A stretch of DNA of 39,529 nt from Octopus bimaculoides. Taxonomy: Eukaryota. The notes below the pieces were generated by a model. It made no database searches. It was not told the origin of the DNA and was given only the letters and a program-made list of their open reading frames with translations. Position numbers and translations under genes: made by a program. The DNA lies in assembly GCF_001194135.2 (NCBI RefSeq), contig NC_068987.1, positions 86,302,044-86,341,572 of the forward strand, given 5' to 3'. This document shows, one piece after another, positions 13,001 to 24,363 of the stretch (positions are counted from its first letter, which is position 1; each line of letters begins with the position of its first letter).

Positions 13001-13530
13001 AATATGAACGAAAAGATTGTTTTAAAAATATAAATTGTATAAAAGCAAAATCGAAGAGTTAAGACTTAAATGTAATTCTTTTACAACAATAAGCCTTAAA
13101 TGGATAAAACATTATTTGAGATGTGCCTATTATTTCAAGAATTATAGCCAATTTCAGAAAACTAATGTCATTTTTAGATTATAAACACACAAAACAAAAT
13201 CGTTCACAGATTCTTTGCAGCTGAATATAATGACCATTTTCAAGCAAGTTTTGCATTAATTTTACTTTATTTGAAATATTGGTAATAAATTTAACCAGTA
13301 ATTTCTAAAGCTGTCTCATTAAAATAATTCACATCTTGTGGAGACTCTAAACATGCTTCATTAAGGATGCTTTCAAACACGACAATCCCTTATCCAATAA
13401 AATAATTCACAAAAAATATATTGCAAATAATGTAAACTATATTGATCGCACATAAACAATGCATGCTTTTTGATTATTCATCGAATGTGCTGCAGGATAG
13501 CGCCTAAGGAAACACCCTAGTAACGCTGGG

Positions 13531-13579
13531 TGTTAGAAATAATATACTGCTGTTAGAAATAATATACTGCTGTTAGAAA
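13531..13579 (+). repeat. 20-bp tandem duplication (TGTTAGAAATAATATACTGC) x2.4
   Basis: Exact copies at 13531-13550 and 13551-13570, partial copy to 13579. Confidence 0.95.
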
Positions 13580-14297
13580 ACTAACCATAGCGCGCTTGAA
13601 ATTTAGGATTTGTTTTGGGTGGTGAGGAATATTATACTCAATATGAGCACCGTCTCATATTCTATAACCGTAGCCCACACTTATTCCACTCCTCCAGACT
13701 AACACCATAATAACTGATTGGGAGCTAAATTTATTAGACATCATAATGATTCCTCTCGCATCACACGCTAACATATTCAGACGTGTAAAGACATATTAAA
13801 CACTGGTGTTCTAGATAGAGTGAAAATAGACAGCAGGATCGTTTTCACTGTTATTCCGATGTCAGACGTCTGCTCCATTATGTCTGGTGTAGGGCCAGCA
13901 CACACATATCTTTTAGGATATTATCTCTACCATCTATTTTTAATTAATCTGTCTTACAAATATATGTTATGCTTCCTCAATTCCGGATAAAAGTGTTCTT
14001 CCCTGCGTAATGAATGCAGGGAAACGGATTTGTATAAAATCTCGTTCTGGTTGTGGGTAATTGAATTTTTCTTTCGTTTCTCTGATCATTGGAACTTTGG
14101 ACAGGGTCAGTTGAAGATTTTAAATTTGTAGTTTACGAATTACTTCCTTTTTTCATATTGTTTCGTGTAATTCTAAATTGGTATGTAATATATAAAACAC
14201 AAAAGAAATGTGTTTCAATCAGCAAGTTCTAGGAAGTAGAACATTTTTGGTCTCCTTTTGTAATTCGATTCGATCCCCTGGTGAAATTGTGACATAC

Positions 14298-14361
14298 CGT
14301 CCTGCGAGCTCGAGCGGCTACCGTAGCGAGTGTCGCTGGTCATTCTCCGTGGCCACGCCAT
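14298..14361 (-). CDS. Putative first coding exon, MAWPRRMTSDTRYGSRSSSQD(G), phase-1 donor; product unknown
   Basis: ATG at 14361-14359, 21 open codons, then GACG|gtatgt donor (intron starting 14297), inside a CpG-rich island. No downstream exon identified. Confidence 0.3.
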
Positions 14362-14472
14362 CCGGGTCCACACGGAGGAGTGCGAGTGAGCGTCCGTCTT
14401 TTTTCTAGGATATGTGGCCGATCATTCCATCCACTCCGCCTTTTGCTGCTTTGCTCCCCCCACCCATTCTTC
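14333..14472 (+). repeat. Left arm of a long imperfect inverted repeat (partner 15356-15494), in a GC/CpG island
   Basis: Hand alignment to the reverse complement of the right arm: about 110/128 identities over 14333-14460 (one 1-nt gap); perfect 33-bp block 14408-14440 vs 15388-15420. Confidence 0.95.
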
Positions 14473-15303
14473 TCAATTTCTTTTGTTATTTTTCATCTTT
14501 TTAGTAACATTTCCCACTGTATGTTCTTTAGAAGGGCAGGTAATTTTTATAGAGTATATTTATAAAGTCAAGTTATGGTTGTTTACAACAAATATTGATT
14601 ATAAAACACAGAGCTAACAATGTGAAAAACAGCAGCAAAATTGTGGAAACCTTTCTAGACTTGGTGATTGTCAGAGAATGAAAGGCTCAAACGAAAATGG
14701 ATACCCATCAACTGGAATGAAATACTTGTTTTGATAATGTGTATCGCGAAATCAAATTAGCAATTTGCAAGTCACAAACAGTCATAATAGTAGACTCAAT
14801 GAGACGGTGTGTATAAGATTTGGCAGATAGGTTTGTACATTTGAAAAGATTTGGTGTATAGATATTTCGTAGCGAGATATTGTGTATTCTTGCTTTGATT
14901 TGAAGATTGTTATGAGTGACTAGTGTAGAAAATAGAATTGAGAAACTATGTGTGCCTGTATTGTTTGGATTAGGCTGGTACATGTTTAACGATATTAGCC
15001 TTAATACACTGCAAGGTGTTAGTAAAACTATTCTGAGAAGAGATTATAATTTCTATAATTATATTGAGAAGCTAGGATAAACTTCGTAAAGTTTTTGTTG
15101 AGATATTTCAAAGTATACGAAGATGTGTACATTTGAAACCTGCATACCGAGCATTTGTACAACAGAAAACCTGAACTGCTAATGTTTTATCATCCCAGAG
15201 TTCGTTAGACTGTAGGGCTTTCATTTCTAATTGCTACATTTGTTGGTGTATTTCAAGGTATACATTACAGTCCATTAAAGTTGAGCAAAATGAGGTTTAA
15301 ATC

Positions 15304-15315
15304 GAGCATGCGCAG
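15304..15315 (-). promoter_or_regulatory. NRF1-like motif (CTGCGCATGCTC on the minus strand) just upstream of the right GC island
   Basis: Plus strand GAGCATGCGCAG partly matches the NRF1 consensus (TGCGCATGCGCA) and lies about 40 bp before the island. Motif match only. Confidence 0.25.
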
Positions 15316-15355
15316 TTTGTTATGACAATCACTTGTAATTGAGTTTGTAATTCGT

Positions 15356-15494
15356 GAAGAAAGTGGCGGGAGAGCAAAGCCACGAATGGCGGAGTGGATG
15401 GAATGATCGGCCACATATCCCAGAACAAGAAGTATGCTCACTCGGACCCCTGGGTGTGGACTCGAATGGCGTGGTCACGGAGAATGACCAGCGA
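15356..15494 (-). repeat. Right arm of the inverted repeat, in a second GC/CpG island (about 15350-15680)
   Basis: Reverse complement tcgctggtcattctccgtgaccacgccattcgagtccacac...ggatatgtggccgatcattccatccactccgcc matches 14333 onward. Confidence 0.95.
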
Positions 15495-15603
15495 AACTGC
15501 ACCAGAAAGACGCGTCACCTCCAACGAACAGACCAGGATTGCTGGAGCACAGAGAAATCAGGAACTACACAACTCCAGAGTCAACACCTTCCCTTCGGGA
15601 TGA
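15466..15603 (+). CDS. Short ORF paralogous to the 14361 exon, MAWSRRMTSETAPERRVTSNEQTRIAGAQRNQELHNSRVNTFPSG; may be non-functional
   Basis: Same ATG context as the left arm; in frame with ORF-track entry 15394..15603. No equivalent donor after codon 21. Confidence 0.2.
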   Translation: MAWSRRMTSETAPERRVTSNEQTRIAGAQRNQELHNSRVNTFPSG

Positions 15604-16915
15604 CAAGCCATAGCCAGGCACACTGTGCCTTATCTGATTCTCTCATGTGATGACCTTGTCATCACAGACAACAACGGACGAACTACTGATATCAGTATAA
15701 GTAAACATTGATGTTCTACCTATCTGAAATCTCGATGAGGAAACTTCGTCGTTTGTTAAACGTGTGGCCTGCTATAATATCTGCGCATATTCTATTTAAA
15801 TGGAATGAAATGAATATAACAGCTCACACAACATGTGATATGTGTTTTTCTAGTGGTTTACGTTATGTTTTTTTTTCCCGAAGGAGTCAAAATATACTCG
15901 CTGATTATATAATTTACTGGAGTTTAACGAATCTTATCCAAAGCAATATGTTGATAAGTTACCCTGCACGCATTTCCCATTCAGCGGAGAAAGACTGTCG
16001 ACAACAACATGTTACACAATGTTTATTGTAGTGAGAATCATAATTGATAAAACTTTCTTGAAATTCCTCTGTGAATTAGATTGTATTGCGCTGGTTATTT
16101 GATAAAGCATACGTTCCTTTGCTACATACAGCTATAGAGATTTTCAGGTGAAGATCATAAACAATCAGGTCTACTATTGATGCGTGTATGACTTATGGCA
16201 CGTTGCGTGCACTCGTGTGTATGCGTGTGTTTGTGTGAGTGAGTATGAGAGTGCGTGTGCGTATATGTTTGTGTGCGTGTGCGTGTGCGTGTCCATGTGT
16301 GTGTATGCATATCATGTGAATTACATACTTATATAAAGGAAAATTAGCAATCTTTTTTTTCGCGTTGGCAGGAACTGCGTCATTTCTAACATTATAACTC
16401 AGATGAAAATAACCTCTCACCACTAGTGTTTTGATATACGACAGCTGACAAAAAAAATCTAGGATAAATAAATGTAAACACTTACATAGTAGAAGCGTTG
16501 ACAATATATCAGAACGCTTTCTTATACATGACCAAAGAGATAATTGTTCCGATAAATCACAAGGATTGTTTCTCCACGTTTTGTCATAATACTGTCGGTG
16601 TCGCACAATGCTGTCGCAAGGCATATTTATGTATGTTTATATTTGTACATCTACCAACAACCTGTGCCATTTCCATTATGCCTTTTCCTTATTTTGTCCT
16701 TGGTGATCGTTTGTGTATATGTTAGTCATCGTCAAATATGGTCACTCAATTATCCCAGCATTTGTTTTACTAAAGGCGCCACCCAAATAAACATCCCTAT
16801 TAATAATTATGATGAACTTTGGTGGATAACTGATGAGGAATAGAGGTTGCCAACGTCTTGTGTGTGACTTTTCTGTGTGTTCTGTTGTTGTCCATTTGTA
16901 CAATATATTTTACCC

Positions 16916-16952
<37 letters not shown>

Positions 16953-17215
16953 NNNNNNNNNNNNNNNNNNNNNNNNNNNNNNNNNNNNNNNNNNNNNNNN
17001 NNNNNNNNNNNNNNNNNNNNNNNNNNNNNNNNNNNNNNNNNNNNNNNNNNNNNNNNNNNNNNNNNNNNNNNNNNNNNNNNNNNNNNNNNNNNNNNNNNNN
17101 NNNNNNNNNNNNNNNNNNNNNNNNNNNNNNNNNNNNNNNNNNNNNNNNNNNNNTTAAGTTTCACAGTATTAAACATATCAATGAGTTCATGAACCTTGGT
17201 TCTTTTCCCTAAAAC

Positions 17216-17259
<44 letters not shown>

Positions 17260-18267
17260 CATGTTATAGTCCTCTTCCTGCATAGAGAAATAGGGATACT
17301 TTCTTCTAAAATACTGCAGAGAATGCAGAGTAATCCCGAAAAGGAATATACCAATGAAATGTGCCTAAAAATCGCTCGTTAACAAACATTCTCGTGCGGG
17401 TGTAGAGTCATTAACGTACTACGCATTTGCTGATGAAAGTGGTTTTACAGCAAAGAACATTATAATCTACACAGAGTAAATGAATGACGTTTTTTACTGA
17501 ATATTTAATCCACTTCGCGATAAGTGAATTATATGTCGTGTGTTTTAGCAATTAGAGCTAATTTCTAGTTTGTGTTAATTTAACGATGAGTATTTACCAT
17601 CAAAATAAGTGTCAGCGTACGTCGGCAAATTTAATGACAATTCCTTTTAAATTTCTTAAGTGTTTACAGTGATTAAAATATCGTTTATTTAAAACAAAAG
17701 AATATATACATTGTTTTGATACTTATTTTTTGAAAAATTATGTACACATTTCAGCGCCCCGGGATGGCCGTAGATCTCGTGCTGAACACTAGTAAAAGAT
17801 AAAAGTCCTATAGTAAAAGCGAATTTTCTCCGAATTAATATTATAAAAATTTGAAGCCAATATTAAAATTCCCAATTTCAAAAGTATCCCTGCAGAATTC
17901 TACTAGGCTTTTAATACAAAAACATAAAGAGAAAAACAGATAGTCACAGATAGAGAGAAAGAGAGAGGTGAAGAGAGTGAGAGAGAGAGAGAGAGATGAA
18001 GAGAGNNNNNNNNNNNNNNNNNNNNNNNNNNNNNNNNNNNNNNNNNNNNNNNNNNNNNNNNNNNNNNNNNNNNNNNNNNNNNNNNNNNNNNNNNNNNNNN
18101 NNNNNNNNNNNNNNNNNNNNNNNNNNNNNNNNNNNNNNNNNNNNNNNNNNNNNNNNNNNNNNNNNNNNNNNNNNNNNNNNNNNNNNNNNNNNNNNNNNNN
18201 NNNNNNNNNNNNNNNNNNNNNNNNNNNNNNNNNNNNNNNNNNNNNNNNNNNNNNNNNNNNNNNNNNN

Positions 18268-18301
<34 letters not shown>

Positions 18302-18763
18302 GATGTGCGTTCGTGACATAGTCCGACAGATATAAGAAAGGTCATATGCGTACGTGAATGAGAGAGAAACTGAGCGAAGGCAAGATGAAAAAGATGTATA
18401 AATGGAGAAGAAAAAAATAGTATTTGATTTTTGAATGCTGTTGTAACTCTTACTAGCACTTCTACAAATATATCACTTCATTTTGACTTTCACTATTTCT
18501 ACTCTCCCGTATTGACTCCCAATGTTTTAACCCACAGTGACACAGAATCTGATTCTTTTTATATTTTTCTTTTTTAACTTATAGAATCTATGAAATTTTG
18601 TGCAAAATTTAAAGCATTTATTTCAGAATTGGTGACATTATCTCAATGTAAACAACCTTTCGCTCATTTCATCAACTTTACCGCCAGTAATGTCTCTATT
18701 GCATAATCAAAAATATCCTCTGGCCTTTTTCTTGTTTCCTCTTTTTCTTTGTATTGCAGCCTT

Positions 18764-18800
18764 TCTTCTTCTTCTTCTTCTTCTTCTTCTTCTTCTTCTT

Positions 18801-18851
<51 letters not shown>

Positions 18852-18874
18852 ATAATAATAATAANNNNNNNNNN

Positions 18875-18913
<39 letters not shown>

Positions 18914-18988
18914 CACCACTACTATCACCACCACCACTACTACTACCACCACCACCACCACCACCACCACCACTACTACTACTACAAC
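18764..18988. repeat. Compound trinucleotide array (CTT)n-(CTA)n-(AAT)n-(ACC/ACT)n
   Basis: Direct reading; includes a 10-N gap. Confidence 0.95.
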
Positions 18989-19500
18989 TTGCAAAGTTTA
19001 AGAAATGGCGCTTTATATGAATAGTTTTCAGGTCATATTTTAGCTTTTAGTAACATTATTTATTTATAATTAATTCAGTGATGTGTGTCTCGTTATCTCA
19101 GCTTTTATATCCTGGCCATTATTTCTAAGGATTTTAAATCTGCAATTAGACAAAATTCCATTTCTTGTACGCACCGATGCAGTTATTGCAAGTTAATTAT
19201 TAAGGCGTTGATATATATGCGATTCGATGAATAGCAATGTTCATAATTACCATATTTGACGATGTTCGCTTTCATGAGCAGTATTTCATTACTAAATTTG
19301 GATTAAGTGAATTTAGATATGGTTTAGCGTGATTTATTGTTTATCTATATTTAGATATAGTTATTGATATTGTCTGAGGAAATTTATCTTATATACATTC
19401 AAAAGCTTATTCTACTGTCTCAATCGATCTATCTCTATAATTTGCATAGAGGAGATATGCAACGATACAATTAAACAGACGTATATTGGCTTAAGAAAAC

Positions 19501-19544
<44 letters not shown>

Positions 19545-19940
19545 CACATATAGTCTGGATGTCGAAGCTGTCCGGTCAGTACAGGGATATCTCGGCTGCT
19601 GTTTTCAGCCGTTTACGGTCTCTCACAATTTCTATGTGTTCAAATATGTGCTTTGAAAGCAATATTTGACAGCTTTAGTTCTTATTTCTAGCATTGTATG
19701 TGCTCTAACAGCCTCTGTAATATTTAATTACAAAATTTTGCTACGCTACTACCTACATTAATTTTATACACACACATACACACAGACACAGCGTGCGCAC
19801 ACAATCTCACATACATATATATGTATATATATATGTGTGTGTGTGTATATATATATGTATATCTATCTATGTATATCATACATACACACACACATTGACA
19901 CATACACACACACACACTCACACACACACAGGCACACACA

Positions 19941-20171
19941 GGCAGCGAGCTGGCAGAAACGTTAGCACGCCGGGCGAAATGCTTAGCTGTATTTCGTCTG
20001 CCGCTACGTTCTGAGTTCAAATTCCACCGAGGTCGACTTTGCCTTTCATCCTTTCGGGGTCGATTAAATAAGTGCCAGTTACGCACTGGGGTCAATATAA
20101 TCGACTTAATCCGTTTGTCTGCCTTTGTTTGTCTCCTCTGTGTGTAGCCCCTTGTGGGTAGTAAAGAAATA
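19941..20171 (+). mobile_element. tRNA-derived SINE family 1, near full length, young-looking
   Basis: ggcagcgagctggcagaaacgttagcacgccgggcgaaatgcttag...ttctgagttcaaattccaccgaggtcgac...gtagccccttgtgggtagtaaagaaataa; close match to 9667-9933; inserted in a (CA)n tract. Confidence 0.92.
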
Positions 20172-20670
20172 ACACACGCACACACACAAATACACACANN
20201 NNNNNNNNNNNNNNNNNNNNNNNNNNNNNNNNNNNNNNNNNNNNNNNNNNNNNNNNNNNNNNNNNNNNNNNNNNNNNNNNNNNNNNNNNNNNNNNNNNNN
20301 NNNNNNNNNNNNNNNNNNNNNNNNNNNNNNNNNNNNNNNNNNNNNNNNNNNNNNNNNNNNNNNNNNNNNNNNNNNNNNNNNNNNNNNNNNNNNNNNNNNN
20401 NNNNNNNNNNNNNNNNNNNNNNNNNNNNNNNNNNNNNNNNNNNNNNNNNNNNNNNNNNNNNNNNNNNNNNNNNNNNNNNNNNNNNNNNNNNNNNNNNNNN
20501 NNNNNNNNNNNNNNNNNNNNNNNNNNNNNNNNNNNNNNNNNNNNNNNNNNNNNNNNNNNNNNNNNNNNNNNNNNNNNNNNNNNNNNNNNNNNNNNNNNNN
20601 NNNNNNNNNNNNNNNNNNNNNNNNNNNNNNNNNNNNNNNNNNNNNNNNNNNNNNNNNNNNNNNNNNNNNN

Positions 20671-21629
20671 AGCTCAAAAATGTTTTAAACTATTTCGCAG
20701 TGGAGACCCGAGCCTTCAAGATCGTGAGCGTAGTGGACGCCCGTCTGTCATCGTTTACGGTCAATTAAAAACCGTCATTGAGAAAGATCGACGTAAAACC
20801 ACTCGAGAGCTGAGAAAAGTGCTGACAAAATTTAGCCACAAAACAGCCCGCAACCATTTGCATGCGATCAGAAAATCAAACAAGCTCGACAAATGGGTAC
20901 CACAATTTTAATGAAAAGCGAAAAATGCTCAGATATGAAATTTGCACGTCGCTTTCGGTCCGTAAACAGGCCGATACATTTCTCGACCGTATTGTAACTT
21001 GCAATAAAAAGTGGAGTCTGTACAATAATAGAAAACGTTCTTCGCCTTGATTAGAACAAAATGAAGCACCGAAAGCCTTCCCTAAATACGAGCTCTTCAG
21101 AAACAAGGTTATGGTAGTGTACATCTGGTCTCCTCCAGCATAACTTCTTAAAACCAAGAAAAAAACCATTACTCCAGAAACATATTACAGTGAACGAAAA
21201 ATTGCTTCTCCTCTGTCCTAGACTGGCTAACAGAAGAGGGCAAATCATTCTTCATGACAATGCTTGACCACACATTTCACTAATGATGCTTCAGAAGATG
21301 GAGGGAACTTGGCTATGAAGTTCTTCCCCACCCAGTTTATTCCCCAGACCTTTCTCCTACCGACTACGACTTTTCAAGCACCTTGATGGTTTCCTGGAAG
21401 AGTAGAAGTTCAAATATCAAACCGATGCTGAAAGTGCGTTCAAAGAGTTCATCAGCTCCAGACCTCCAGATTTTTATGTCACCAGATTAAACAAACTTGT
21501 ACCTCGTTGGAGAAATGTGTTGATCGTAGTATTACCTAATTTGATGAATAAAATTTCCGCATTGTTGAAATATATTGTGATGAATTTCGTGTTTCAAGAC
21601 GTTGCTTACTTTTAACTCAGTCTGATATA
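20671..21629 (+). mobile_element. Mariner (DD34D, Mos1/Hsmar1-like) transposon fossil: frameshifted transposase plus right TIR; left end lost in the N gap
   Basis: Pieces read FKLFRSGDPSLQDRERSGRPS..RKTTREL..KLDKWVPQ; FLDRIVTCNKKWSLYNNRKRS (first catalytic D appears as N); IILHDNA*PH; and HPVYSPDLSPTDY..FKHLDGFL. Several stops and frameshifts. Right TIR reverse complement TATCAGACTGAGTTAAAAGTAAGC next to TA at about 21604-21629. Confidence 0.93.
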
Positions 21630-21879
21630 TCATGAGAGTGAGTTTGAACTGTACAGAGATGTTACCTAAAGTTGCTTGCCAGCAACTATACCACGCAGTA
21701 ACGCGCGTGTCTTTTATTTTGAATCTCTGATATTTGTATTTTTTAATTGTAAATCTAATGGCCAAAAGTGTTTTCCATCTTTTTAATAAGCGCCACGAAG
21801 CAACTCTCAATTTCATATCTTATCATAATTAACCACGTGATAAAACTCGCTGAAATATTTACACCAATCGCAACCTGCG

Positions 21880-22052
21880 ATGAACTGGAACAACAACTGC
21901 AGTAACAACTACGTCAGCGGCAAATTCAACGATAACTGCCACAACTGCAACAGCAGCTACAGCAACAAGAACCCCTAATCCAGCATACCACAATAGACTC
22001 ACTACCATCATCATCTATATCATCTCCAGTACCTCCATACACTACTACTACA

Positions 22053-22086
<34 letters not shown>

Positions 22087-22125
22087 TTACTAAAACCACC
22101 ACCACCACCACCAAACTACTATTAC
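21880..22125. repeat. Degenerate (AAC/CAG/ACT/ACC)n trinucleotide low-complexity tract
   Basis: Direct reading; explains the poly-V ORF 21926..22114. Confidence 0.85.
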
Positions 22126-24363
22126 AAAAGCAAATTTTTTCCTACTTCTACGGCTAATCTCATTGGCCAGACTCGACAACACCGTTCTACATCCGCCGGT
22201 GTCCAATCTAAACCATTCCTTTTTACTCTGTCTCTCTCTCTCCCCAAACCTCATCGCCCAGATGTAATTAAAATCAAAGAAATCAAAACCTAAAACAATT
22301 TACGATTCATTGGCCCCTAGATCATCCACACGTGTAAATCAAAATAAAAAAAAATGCTCTCTTTCTTTATGTGCGNNNNNNNNNNNNNNNNNNNNNNNNN
22401 NNNNNNNNNNNNNNNNNNNNNNNNNNNNNNNNNNNNNNNNNNNNNNNNNNNNNNNNNNNNNNNNNNNNNNNNNNNNNNNNNNNNNNNNNNNNNNNNNNNN
22501 NNNNNNNNNNNNNNNNNNNNNNNNNNNNNNNNNNNNNNNNNNNNNNNNNNNNNNNNNNNNNNNNNNNNNNNNNNNNNNNNNNNNNNNNNNNNNNNNNNNN
22601 NNNNNNNNNNNNNNNNNNNNNNNNNNNNNNNNNNNNNNNNNNNNNNNNNNNNNNNNNNNNNNNNNNNNNNNNNNNNNNNNNNNNNNNNNNNNNNNNNNNN
22701 NNNNNNNNNNNNNNNNNNNNNNNNNNNNNNNNNNNNNNNNNNNNNNNNNNNNNNNNNNNNNNNNNNNNNNNNNNNNNNNNNNNNNNNNNNNNNNATATAT
22801 ATTCCAACGTAGAAGTCTTAATTATAATTACCTTAAAACTTGTTTTAAATGTTAACAGAAGCGAGGTATGCAATTATATTTTGTGCTTAGTAATACGTCT
22901 CTTAACTAACTAAGGATATTCGCTATTAGTCAACTAATGACTGTAATAAAGGCATTAAATTGATTCAGCTGTAGGTATAATTGCAATGCATGAGAAAGTA
23001 CATTACTATATCTTTGATTCCCGATTTTAATTTGCTAGCGTTTGTTCTAAAGAGTATCAATATATGCAAATGTGATTTGCGGTTCATCGTACTAATAGCT
23101 TGATATTAATCAATGGATGTGATCGCAACGTATAACTTGTCATGTTCTCTCTGTAGCTAGGATACTGAAATCTAATTTTCCTTGAACATCACACTGACTT
23201 ACAGCACAATCTATTAGCGAAAGTAGATGCTGGGAATTTCCCGTGAGTTACCTTACAGTGTACTGATGAATTGATGTCGGTTTTTGGATTAAATTATTGA
23301 GTCAGATGTGTTATGTTGTTGAGTCTTCTAAAAATGTTACAGGAAGTGCATGTGTCCATTTGGAGTTTAGGCAACACTGGAGTACAGAACTTATCTATTG
23401 AAATCACGTGAAGAATATAACTTCGGTATTTAACCAAATTATTAACAAATATCTGTGTACGAAATTTCACTGTCATCTCATCTCCTGACACAAAACAGCG
23501 AGTGTTTGTCATCAGTTTCTGTAGAAGTTGCATGCGATACCAAGAGTAATCTAGGGTAGAGTTATATAGCAAATTCTCTTTTCTATTAAGTAGTTATTTC
23601 TGGTCTTCGAGCGAACCAATCAGTCAGTAATTCTGCAACTCTTATATAGCTACCCAGAGCAGTAAATGCATTATATCATTCATCATCAGAGTATGTCACA
23701 TATTGCTTTTAATTTTAGATGTTTTCAACAATAATCACAGCCAAGTACAAAATGCAGTTTGCTGGGAAACTAAATTCAAATTTGTTAAATAAAAGAAAAT
23801 AAAGTTGATTTTGTCGAACCACCTGCATGAGTCCATGAATTGATAGGTAAATTCATTTTAGAGTTTTCCATTTCGTAGCAGCTGCTTCAAAAGATACATG
23901 ATGCGTTTTTTTTTTCTTTTTTTTTTTGACAGATATCGGTTCATTGCTGAATCAAATATATCAGTTTTCGACTTTGGATTGCTTATTCTTTCTTCTTAGA
24001 GATGTATTTTGAAACCCGTAATCTACATTAATTGACGTCACAGTGCTGCCAGGATACGTGTTATCAGATCATAAAATTTGAACTTAAATCTCGACGTACA
24101 AAGTGCAAAATTAACGACGATATACATATTGTTCTAATGACATCTAAATAGGACGTCACTATAAATAATAAATATTCTTTTAGAACAATTCTCAACGTTG
24201 TGCAATTTATTTCATAAGATTAATATATACTTCAGAACCCCTTTTAAATCTCCTCCATTTCAATATAATGTTTATTAATTAGAAACGGAGCCATATTTCG
24301 CAACTTTTACATCTGAAGGGATTATATTTCTAACTCGAGCATCTGTTAATATAAACTCTCACT

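Noticed and set aside
13830-13885. Candidate second exon for the minus-strand gene (ccag|ACATAATGGAGCAG..)
   Set aside because: In frame, but the acceptor is weak and the frame soon stops with no donor; not supportable.
14333-15494. MITE or TIR transposon interpretation of the inverted repeat
   Set aside because: No TSD, GC-rich sequence continues beyond both outer ends, and a splice donor lies just outside the left arm. Disfavoured but not excluded without a copy-number search.
23294-23572. 92-aa minus-strand ORF
   Set aside because: No motif or supporting neighbouring exon; a few ORFs this long are expected by chance.
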